64,000 nt of DNA. Origin: a virus. Of the stretch, positions 1 to 7,034 are shown piece by piece. A model generated the notes under the pieces. The model was given only the letters and a program-made list of their open reading frames with translations, did no database searches and had not been told where the DNA came from. The stretch is taken from positions 1 through 64,000 of IMG/VR virus record IMGVR_UViG_3300043410_001024; one strand, written 5' to 3'. Numbering within the stretch: the first letter of the stretch is position 1; each line of letters begins with the position of its first letter. Made by a program: the position numbers and the translations under genes.

Positions 1-2
1 TT

Positions 3-59
3 GTGGGTATGGCGTTCGTAATGATCGCGGCAGTTTTACTGATTGATTTTATTAAATAA
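3..59 (+). CDS. 3' end of a gene entering from the left edge (hydrophobic C-terminus VGMAFVMIAAVLLIDFIK*)
   Basis: Open frame from the window edge to TAA 57-59, followed by a hairpin. Partial and short. Confidence 0.3.
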   Translation: MGMAFVMIAAVLLIDFIK

Positions 60-65
60 TACACT

Positions 66-111
66 GAAAACAGGCGCAAGCCGCGTCATTGCTGTGTTTG
101 TGCCTGTTTTC
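66..111 (+). terminator. Long imperfect hairpin after the edge ORF (possible terminator or processing stem)
   Basis: GAAAACAGGCGCAAGC (66-81) pairs with GTTTGTGCCTGTTTTC (96-111) using G-U pairs. Confidence 0.4.
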
Positions 112-179
112 GCCCCTGTTATCACGCTCCAGCGTTCGCCCCTGTTATCACGCTCCAGCGTTCGCCCCTGTTATCACGC
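109..179. repeat. 26-bp tandem repeat, 2.7 copies
   Basis: TTCGCCCCTGTTATCACGCTCCAGCG at 109-134 and 135-160, partial copy 161-179. Confidence 0.95.
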
Positions 180-325
180 CTAAGCGTTCAAAATTGCCCT
201 GTAAGCCCTGCAGGTGGTGCAATGGCATTGCTTTTTTGCTTTCGTGGCGTGGTGGTGGCTTAAAACGCAAATTCTAAATGCCAGCACGTTTTTAAAATTA
301 TTTTCATTTTTTTTCGTTTTGAGTA

Positions 326-398
326 TTGACACGGGCGAAAATGTCTGTAAAATACGCAGTCAGTGGGGGGCAATTTCGCCCCCCACATCAAACGGAGC
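326..398 (+). promoter_or_regulatory. Early promoter-stem-loop-RBS cassette 1
   Basis: TTGACA 326-331, 16 bp, TAAAAT 348-353; hairpin GTGGGGGGC-AATTTC-GCCCCCCAC 363-386; GGAG SD 394-397; A/T-rich UP-like tract upstream. Confidence 0.9.
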
Positions 399-405
399 AA
401 AAACA

Positions 406-663
406 ATGGCTAAATTATCAGATTCTTACACCACGCTCGTGCCAGCGAATATCGCTGGAATACCTTGCTTATTGGGCATTGACGATTTTTATCGTCAACC
501 CGCTGATTTTGGAGCGTGTAACCGTGATGATTTTTTTGGATACGTGGAACTTGAATTCACTGTAATGGATCGAAAAGGCTATAAAGCTGATTGGCTAGTT
601 AAAAAAATCACGCCAGTAATTGATCGTGAATTAGAAAAAACAGTTTTAGAATATTTCGCCTAA
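406..663 (+). CDS. Early hypothetical protein, 85 aa (MAKLSDSY...)
   Basis: ATG 406 follows the cassette SD. The ORF-track start at 214 runs through the promoter and is not credible. Confidence 0.8.
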   Translation: MAKLSDSYTTLVPANIAGIPCLLGIDDFYRQPADFGACNRDDFFGYVELEFTVMDRKGYKADWLVKKITPVIDRELEKTVLEYFA

Positions 664-668
664 AAGAG

Positions 669-736
669 TTGACAAGGCAAAACAAGTCTGTATAATAGGC
701 AATCAGTGGGGGGCAATTTCGCCCCCCACATCAAAC
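669..736 (+). promoter_or_regulatory. Early promoter-stem-loop cassette 2
   Basis: TTGACA 669-674, 16 bp, TATAAT 691-696; identical hairpin 706-729. Confidence 0.9.
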
Positions 737-749
737 AGGGGCAAAGAAA

Positions 750-968
750 ATGAAAGCAAAAAAAGTGGTAGAAAAAGCAATCAAACTAGGTTTAATCCGT
801 TATAATGACGGTGAGTCATTTTCACCGTTTTATGGTGCGGCACGTCATGACGTGTGGTTTTCATGCGGTGCGGGCGTGAATAAAACCATTGACGCTAATG
901 ACGTTGAACAATATACAGGGCTAAAAATCGTGTCAATCAATGGCGATAGCATCGAAAAATTAGTTTAA
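750..968 (+). CDS. Early hypothetical protein, 72 aa
   Basis: ORF exactly fills the space between cassettes 2 and 3. Confidence 0.75.
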   Translation: MKAKKVVEKAIKLGLIRYNDGESFSPFYGAARHDVWFSCGAGVNKTIDANDVEQYTGLKIVSINGDSIEKLV

Positions 969-974
969 AAACGG

Positions 975-1048
975 TTGACAAGGCAAAACAAGTCTGTATA
1001 ATACTCAATCAGTGGGGGGCAATTTCGCCCCCCACATCAAACGGAGCA
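975..1048 (+). promoter_or_regulatory. Early promoter-stem-loop-RBS cassette 3
   Basis: TTGACA 975-980, 16 bp, TATAAT 997-1002; hairpin 1012-1035; GGAG SD. Confidence 0.9.
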
Positions 1049-1052
1049 TAAA

Positions 1053-1358
1053 ATGAAAGCAAAAAGATTTTTTAATGGCAGTGACAGCTACGGGCGAAAT
1101 GTTCAAGTGGCGCAAGGCGTTGACGGTTCATGGTTTTATCGTATGTATGTATTCAACGGGTACGCCCGTGCATGGTCAAAATGGGATCAATTAGATACCG
1201 ATAAACATATATCATGGGCGCATGAATCAACCAACGTCTACAGCGGTGAAGTTACACCGCTAGAAAACCCCGTGTTAATGTGGGGGTTTAATTCATTACA
1301 TGAATACGCGGATGTTCCGCGCGTAAGATTGCCAGAAAAAAAAGAGTTGACAGTATAA
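1053..1358 (+). CDS. Early hypothetical protein, 101 aa, Trp/aromatic-rich
   Basis: SD-led ATG behind cassette 3; its last codons overlap the -35 of cassette 4. Confidence 0.8.
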   Translation: MKAKRFFNGSDSYGRNVQVAQGVDGSWFYRMYVFNGYARAWSKWDQLDTDKHISWAHESTNVYSGEVTPLENPVLMWGFNSLHEYADVPRVRLPEKKELTV

Positions 1359-1420
1359 AATAATCCTGTAAAATACGCAGTCAGTGGGGGGCAATTTCGC
1401 CCCCCACATCAAACGGAGCA
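1347..1420 (+). promoter_or_regulatory. Early promoter-stem-loop-RBS cassette 4
   Basis: TTGACA 1347-1352, 16 bp, TAAAAT 1369-1374; hairpin 1384-1407; GGAG SD. Confidence 0.9.
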
Positions 1421-1425
1421 TAAAA

Positions 1426-1953
1426 ATGAACAAACCAGATTTTTTAAACGTAATGGCATCAACAAAAGGCGCGGCTATCGCGTCAATGGTAACTGATACA
1501 GCGGTAGGTGGAGTTGCCGCTAAATATAAAGCAATGGCAATCCGTAAAGTAACTACAGCATCAATTATGCTTTTCAACGGGTTGAAGGATGCTGATCCGT
1601 ACCTAAACAAAATCGCTAAAACCAGTGACAGCGATAATGCTACCGATTTTGAAAAAAGCGAAACCTTCTTTGAGCATTCACATGAATGTTATAGTTTAGT
1701 AAGCCATAAAAAAACAGGCAAGTTATATTTGTACGCGCTTTATAATAGCGCAAAATCAACGTATTACATCGACGGCAAAGAAGTTACCCGTGATGAAGTA
1801 GCCATTTTCTTGACACCTTCAGCGGCTAAAACCTTAATGGATGATAGCGGCAGGGTATATAATCTTAAAAATGACGTTTATCATTCAGCTATCATTAGAA
1901 CGATTAGCCTTGAAAATGTCGTTAAATTGACCGCCAACGGTCAAACGATATAG
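1426..1953 (+). CDS. Early hypothetical protein, 175 aa (MNKPDFLNV...)
   Basis: ATG 1426 follows the cassette SD; the track start at 1384 is the hairpin's GTG. Confidence 0.8.
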   Translation: MNKPDFLNVMASTKGAAIASMVTDTAVGGVAAKYKAMAIRKVTTASIMLFNGLKDADPYLNKIAKTSDSDNATDFEKSETFFEHSHECYSLVSHKKTGKLYLYALYNSAKSTYYIDGKEVTRDEVAIFLTPSAAKTLMDDSGRVYNLKNDVYHSAIIRTISLENVVKLTANGQTI

Positions 1954-2017
1954 CGGCAATGGTAAGGGGGCGGGTAGACCGCCCTCGTGCTGTCACGGGC
2001 GTTTAAACGCGAATTTC

Positions 2018-2043
2018 AGCACGGGCGTTGCCCGTGCTTTTTT
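2018..2043 (+). terminator. Intrinsic terminator closing the early cassette array
   Basis: AGCACGGGC-GTT-GCCCGTGCT followed by a T run. Confidence 0.8.
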
Positions 2044-2078
2044 ATGCGTGGTGGTATGGTGTGGCACGGTAATTGACA

Positions 2079-2201
2079 ATGCAGGAATCGTGCCAACGGG
2101 GAGGCGTATCATATAAAAAAATATTTGTCAAATATTTTTTACGATGCAAAAATCGTGCCAACCGAAGGGGGGGTGGCGTATATATGCAAAAATCGTGCCA
2201 A
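2079..2201 (-). promoter_or_regulatory. Three tandem sigma54 (-24/-12) consensus sites
   Basis: Minus strand TTGGCACGATTCCTGCAT (2096-2079) and TTGGCACGATTTTTGCAT (2161-2144, 2201-2184), compared with the RpoN consensus YTGGCACG-N4-TTGCW. Confidence 0.65.
2116..2140. repeat. Perfect AT-rich inverted repeat
   Basis: AAAAAATATTTG-T-CAAATATTTTTT, between the first two sigma54-like sites. Confidence 0.9.
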
Positions 2202-2217
2202 CTTTTGTTGCGGCGGA

Positions 2218-2500
2218 CAAAAATTCTTTCAAAAAACTCCCTGATTTTTCCAAAAATTTCCACAAAAATTTCCACAAAAATTTCTCCAACTTTTCTCCCA
2301 ACTTTTCTCCAACTTTTCAAAAACTTTCCTAAAAACTTGCCTCAAAAAAGGTCGATATATAGAAAAACAGGTCGATCAAAGTGTAAGTACCTTCTTCTAA
2401 TTTTTTGCGCGGCTCAGGTTTTCACACTGTGTAGGAAAAGTGGGTCCAAAGTGTAAGTACCTTGTTGAAATTTTTGGGCGGGAAAAATTTTGCGCTCCGG
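2218..2500. repeat. Non-coding low-complexity region: periodic A/T tracts and direct repeats
   Basis: CAAAAATTTCCA and CCAACTTTTCT units with about 11-12 bp period and almost no G over 2220-2345; CAAAGTGTAAGTACCTT at 2377-2393 and 2447-2463. Confidence 0.85.
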
Positions 2501-2515
2501 TATAGAAAAAGTAGG

Positions 2516-2522
2516 CTAAATA
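2516..2522 (+). promoter_or_regulatory. Putative T4-type late promoter for the kinase cluster
   Basis: CTAAATA; the same (A/C)TAAATA motif precedes most structural genes in this window. Short and AT-rich, so it could be chance. Confidence 0.45.
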
Positions 2523-2603
2523 TGAAAGGGCACTAGAGAGAGTAAGGTACCATAATTGATGGTGTTTTACTCTAGTGAGTGTAGAGATATTAAAGGACTT
2601 TTG

Positions 2604-3302
2604 ATGAGAATAGAAGAATTAAGTGGATATCGTGATAATGAGTACATGCAGGGTGCAAAGGATATATTTAAGCAGCGTCCGGCTGATAATCCTGCAACTG
2701 GCGATGATGACATAATAGGCAAGTTAGATCCTAACAAGAGTAGTTTGGAATATGCGCCATATTATCAGATGATGCAATTTAACAAGTTTTTGACTGCTAA
2801 GGGATTTCGGCAATTGGGTTCTGGGGCGTATGCTGGTGTGTGGGAGCATCCTAATCATCCGTGGGTATTTAAGGTATTCAAGAATGATGAGGCGTATATG
2901 ACTTATTATAAGTGGTGTCGTTCTCACCAGAATAACCCTAATGTTCCTAAGATTAAGGGTGGTGTGATTAAGATAAATGATGAGACTTATGCCATACGGA
3001 TGGAAAAATTATCTCCGATAGACAAGGATGTATACAATGATGTTGATCGTGCGGTTGGAGCATTTGAGTGGTATGTACGTGGTATAAAGAAGGGATGGGA
3101 CGAGGAGACTATGGAACGTGTACGAGCTGAGTTAGAAGAATATCGTGAGGCGTATCCTGGTATATATGAGATAATGGCGATGATATTTAAGAGTGGATAT
3201 CGATTAGATTTGCATTTTAACAACATCATGCAGCGTGGTGATATTCCGGTAATCACTGATCCGATAGTAGGAAGTGGTTGGGGAACTAAGGTGGAAATAT
3301 GA
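2604..3302 (+). CDS. T7 gp0.7-like Ser/Thr protein kinase, paralog 1
   Basis: G-loop LGSGAYAGV, catalytic Lys in VFKVF, hinge MEKL, catalytic loop LDLHFNNIM, ITDP. ATG 2604 follows SD AAAGGA (MRIEELSGY). Confidence 0.85.
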   Translation: MRIEELSGYRDNEYMQGAKDIFKQRPADNPATGDDDIIGKLDPNKSSLEYAPYYQMMQFNKFLTAKGFRQLGSGAYAGVWEHPNHPWVFKVFKNDEAYMTYYKWCRSHQNNPNVPKIKGGVIKINDETYAIRMEKLSPIDKDVYNDVDRAVGAFEWYVRGIKKGWDEETMERVRAELEEYREAYPGIYEIMAMIFKSGYRLDLHFNNIMQRGDIPVITDPIVGSGWGTKVEI

Positions 3303-3907
3303 AACTACGGGAATTGACTGGGTATCATAATACGCCTATCCAGGGGATTGTTGATAAGGCCAAGGATGAGTTTAGTGGTGGTAAGAAGACCAGATATGAT
3401 GCTGCGTTTAACAATTTCTATGAGTATATAAAGCAGCATGGATTTCATCGTGTTGGCACTGGTAACAATGCTGATGTATATGAGAAGGAAGGATATCCGT
3501 GGTTGTTTAAGGTGTTTAGTGGTGATCCTGCGTATATGTCGTATTACAAGTATTGTAGGGTTAACCAGGGTAATCCGCATGTTCCGCGTATTAAGGGTGG
3601 GTTGCGTAAGATATCTGGGAATACGTATTGTGTACAGATAGAGAAGTTAAATCCGTTGCCTGGAAGTGGTATGAAGTTTGTTGAGACGTTACAGAATGCT
3701 GCGTTAGGCTTGGTGGATGATGATCCGTTTGATGATGAGATGGCGGATGAATATCGGCGTAGTATTTCTCAGATTAGTACAAAGTTTCCTGAGTTGATGA
3801 AGTTACTGCGGGATTTGGTTGCGTTTAGGAATTACACATTTGATTTAGATGAGAGTAATGTGATGATGCGTGGTGTGATGCCTGTAATAACAGATCCATT
3901 TGCGTGA
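3299..3907 (+). CDS. T7 gp0.7-like Ser/Thr protein kinase, paralog 2
   Basis: VGTGNNADV, LFKVF, IEKL, FDLDESNVM, ITDP; ATGA overlap with paralog 1. Confidence 0.85.
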   Translation: MKLRELTGYHNTPIQGIVDKAKDEFSGGKKTRYDAAFNNFYEYIKQHGFHRVGTGNNADVYEKEGYPWLFKVFSGDPAYMSYYKYCRVNQGNPHVPRIKGGLRKISGNTYCVQIEKLNPLPGSGMKFVETLQNAALGLVDDDPFDDEMADEYRRSISQISTKFPELMKLLRDLVAFRNYTFDLDESNVMMRGVMPVITDPFA

Positions 3908-3917
3908 GGGGAAATAG

Positions 3918-4526
3918 ATGAAATTAAAAGAGTTAACTGGATACAAGGGTAATGCGCATTATCAGGCGGCTAAGAATACATTGGTTAGAGATAATCCGGA
4001 GGATGAGAATCGCAAGCAGTTTAACAAGTTTAAGGAGTATATGGTTGCGAATGGATTCGAGTATATGGGGACTGGTGCGTATGGGACTGTATATGAGAAG
4101 CCTGGGTATCCGTGGTTATTTAAGTTATTTAAGGAAGATCCTGCGTATATAGAGTTTATCCAGTATAGTAAGGCGCATGCTGACAATCCTCATTTACCGA
4201 AGTTTAAGGGTGGTATAATAAGAATCAATGCTGATACTTATTGTATCCGGACTGAGAAATTAGTTGATTTACCGTATGAGAATTATAGAAAGTATATGGA
4301 TTATTTTACTGCGGTGTTTGCGGTACTACAAAACCGGGTTGACAAGAATGATTCGATGTATGATGAGTTGTATCGTGAGTATCAGCAGTTTAGTCGTAAG
4401 CATCCGAACATATATGAGATATTGAAATACATATTTACGGAAAGTTCGTACCATCCTGATTTGCACAATGGGAATTTAATGATGCGAGGGAGTACGTTAG
4501 TGTTTAGTGATCCGGTAGCGATATAG
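3918..4526 (+). CDS. T7 gp0.7-like Ser/Thr protein kinase, paralog 3
   Basis: MGTGAYGTV, LFKLF, TEKL, PDLHNGNLM, FSDP; SD GAGGGG. Confidence 0.85.
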   Translation: MKLKELTGYKGNAHYQAAKNTLVRDNPEDENRKQFNKFKEYMVANGFEYMGTGAYGTVYEKPGYPWLFKLFKEDPAYIEFIQYSKAHADNPHLPKFKGGIIRINADTYCIRTEKLVDLPYENYRKYMDYFTAVFAVLQNRVDKNDSMYDELYREYQQFSRKHPNIYEILKYIFTESSYHPDLHNGNLMMRGSTLVFSDPVAI

Positions 4527-4547
4527 CCCTCTTACGAGGGCTTTTTT
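4525..4547 (+). terminator. Intrinsic terminator after the kinase cluster
   Basis: AGCCCTC-TTAC-GAGGGCT followed by TTTTT, at the convergent junction. Confidence 0.8.
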
Positions 4548-5629
4548 ACGGGTTGTTGAAGTGCTGCTTGTCTAGCTTGCATATCGTTTGCTTGTGCGTC
4601 TGGGTTTCGGCTAATAGTAGGACCGATAGCTTTCCAGCCACGTTTTTGCATTAGTTGAGCTTGTTGTCTACCGTTTCTGAAACTTGGGTGATTCAAATCT
4701 TCTTCTGCGGACAGTGGGTCATTCGGGTGACCTAATTGGTATTTTAGGCCAGCGTTATGACCTGGGCAGTTTGGGTCGGTTGCATCAACACATGGATGGA
4801 AATCGTTTGGTCCTTTGGGTGGTTTTGGTCCATACCTAAAAAAACTTCCGTTTCCCATAGCTTCAACAATATCTTTATCGATTGATTCATAGATCTCATA
4901 CATGAAGTCATCTTCATCCCCATAGGTTACATTCTTTGCCATAACTAGGCCACCGATTTGAATAACTAGGTCAGCTTTGATAACTGGTTCTTGTGTTTTT
5001 CTATCGTAGAAATAAGAATGTCGTTCTGGGTCCATACCAACTTGAGTCCACTCTGGGTTGGATAATGCGTCTTGTGCGATTAATCTAGCTTGTTCTACGG
5101 TTGATGGGATGTATAAACCATTCATAGTAGCAAGTGGATTTTTATCTACTTTTTTACCTTTATCTGAGCGTCCCCTAGCGATATTCAGTGCACCTTTTTC
5201 TGGTACTTCAAACGTAACATTTTTAATAATAGCGGTGGATGCGTGTGCGATTGGATCACCAGATGCATTATGAATAGTTGGAATCCACACTCCCTTAGAT
5301 TTATAAGCTGGGATATCTAGTCTAAGTTTAACGGGTGTACCAGCTGGGATTTGTGTATTAAGTTTATCACGTTGGTTAACTTTCAGCGTGTTATACATGG
5401 TATCATCATCGGCGGATGGTGGTAGTTCATCATACGCCGACACTGGTTTATATTTGTTAACTAGACGACGATATTCGGTTTTATCAATTTCACCGTGCCG
5501 TAGTTTTTCGGCAGCCGCTGTTAATTGTGGAATACGGTCAGTAACGTTTTTGAAGTGTAGGTTACGTCTATCAGGTGCGACATAATCATCTTCTTCGGTA
5601 TTTTCGGTTAGAATGTCAAATATTTTCAT
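4532..5629 (-). CDS. Hypothetical protein, possible internal head (injected) protein
   Basis: 365-aa ORF; N-terminus MKIFDILTE resembles a capsid-targeting leader; globular core RLDIPAY...QVGMDPERHSYFYDR. Confidence 0.7.
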   Translation of the reverse strand: MKIFDILTENTEEDDYVAPDRRNLHFKNVTDRIPQLTAAAEKLRHGEIDKTEYRRLVNKYKPVSAYDELPPSADDDTMYNTLKVNQRDKLNTQIPAGTPVKLRLDIPAYKSKGVWIPTIHNASGDPIAHASTAIIKNVTFEVPEKGALNIARGRSDKGKKVDKNPLATMNGLYIPSTVEQARLIAQDALSNPEWTQVGMDPERHSYFYDRKTQEPVIKADLVIQIGGLVMAKNVTYGDEDDFMYEIYESIDKDIVEAMGNGSFFRYGPKPPKGPNDFHPCVDATDPNCPGHNAGLKYQLGHPNDPLSAEEDLNHPSFRNGRQQAQLMQKRGWKAIGPTISRNPDAQANDMQARQAALQQPVKKPS

Positions 5630-5637
5630 AATATTAT

Positions 5638-7008
5638 TTATATATTGTTCAACAGGTTTCTTAGTTTTGAGCTTTGGACTTCTGCGGTAACTTTTGGTTC
5701 TTCGATAGTGGATCTTTGTCTAATTGAGTTAAGAATAGCTGATCCTGCTGATTGCATAGGTTGGTTACCGAATTCATCATCAACGTCTGCGTCGGTGATT
5801 CTAAGTGAATCGATACAGAAAGATAAATCGATTTTTTGCCCTGTACCAGAACTATTACGAGTTTTCATAAGTTGAATTTGGTATTGTCCGCGTTCGCGCA
5901 TAGCTCTTGAGGTAAAGATACCGAATACGTTATCAGCTGTCATAATTTTAGAAAGACCGCCAGAGATATGGCTATGGTCGAATTCAACTTCTTCTACTGC
6001 GCCACGGTTTAGCTGAGATGCGGTGACTAATAAGCAATTCTTTTCTACTGCTAGGTTTCTAAGTTCTTCCGAGACGTACTTATCTTTGATGAAAAGGTCA
6101 GCTGGGCTGATTTTCTTCGAGAGTGGCATTAGCAAATCTAGGTAATCTACTAACAGTACATCAATTTTTCTATTAGTTTTTATTTCATATTCTTTTAAAT
6201 ATGATCTTACGTCATTGGCATTTTTGCCGGATGGCATATATTTGACTTGCAGTGACCCAGCTTTTTTACCGATGGTTTTAACTTTAAGTTCTACGTTATC
6301 GATTTGTTTAAAGATATCTCTGGATGGTATACCGGTAATCATGGAATCGATACGCATTGAGACTAGTTCTTCTGAGAGTTCTAGTGTAAGGTAAAGAACA
6401 TTAAGACCGGCTAGTGCCCAGTTAACGCCAAGATTTGCTAGGAATAGTGATTTACCTGCGCCAGAACCACCGGCAAAGATATTAAGTTCACCGCGATTCA
6501 TACCGCCGAAAAGTTTATCATCGACGTTTTTCCAGCCGGTTGATACTTGGCCATTTTTATCTTTGATTTTTGAAAGACGTTTTTTAGGGTCTTCGAAGTA
6601 ATCGGTACCCATATCTTTTTGTAGACCGACTTGGACTGCGCGTTTAATTTTATCTTCGACTGTACCGTATTCACCTTTTTCTAATAAATCGGCTGATTCG
6701 ATGATTGCGCGTTCTAGTCCTTTATGTCGGGTGAATGTTTCAAATTCGTTTAACAACCAATCAAAATTTTCTGCGCGTAAGTTAGCAGGTGGTGCAAAAT
6801 TAGCTTTGGTGGTTGCGTTTACGATTTCGAAGGTTGGGATTACATTATAGACATCAACATATTCTTTAATGAATTCTGCTGGTAATTGTAACTTTTTATC
6901 GAATAAAGTGTGGTCAAAAATTGATTGACATCTAACAAATGATTCTGGGTCCACTAGCATCATTTCTAGGTATAATTTTTGTACATCGAATCCATAATTT
7001 ACATTCAT
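5638..7008 (-). CDS. 41: DnaB-like replicative helicase (T4 gp41-like)
   Basis: Walker A AGGSGAGKS, LTLELSE, Walker B LLVDYLDL, TASQLNR, KTRN. Confidence 0.95.
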   Translation of the reverse strand: MNVNYGFDVQKLYLEMMLVDPESFVRCQSIFDHTLFDKKLQLPAEFIKEYVDVYNVIPTFEIVNATTKANFAPPANLRAENFDWLLNEFETFTRHKGLERAIIESADLLEKGEYGTVEDKIKRAVQVGLQKDMGTDYFEDPKKRLSKIKDKNGQVSTGWKNVDDKLFGGMNRGELNIFAGGSGAGKSLFLANLGVNWALAGLNVLYLTLELSEELVSMRIDSMITGIPSRDIFKQIDNVELKVKTIGKKAGSLQVKYMPSGKNANDVRSYLKEYEIKTNRKIDVLLVDYLDLLMPLSKKISPADLFIKDKYVSEELRNLAVEKNCLLVTASQLNRGAVEEVEFDHSHISGGLSKIMTADNVFGIFTSRAMRERGQYQIQLMKTRNSSGTGQKIDLSFCIDSLRITDADVDDEFGNQPMQSAGSAILNSIRQRSTIEEPKVTAEVQSSKLRNLLNNI

Positions 7009-7034
7009 ATAAGCCCTCCGTGGCTGTTATTACT

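Noticed and set aside
214-405. ORF-track N-terminal extensions (214, 1384, 2556, 28577, 34395, 37341, 62414)
   Set aside because: They run through promoters, hairpins, terminators or neighbouring genes; better starts lie downstream with SD or promoter support.
361-1413. Four identical palindromic ~34-bp repeats as a CRISPR array
   Set aside because: Intervals are about 300-370 bp and each holds a promoter and a full ORF; no cas genes in the window.
2042-2456. ORFs 2042-2320, 2073-2456 and 2144-2332
   Set aside because: Translations simply mirror the low-complexity DNA repeats, with no SD; the region is best read as non-coding.
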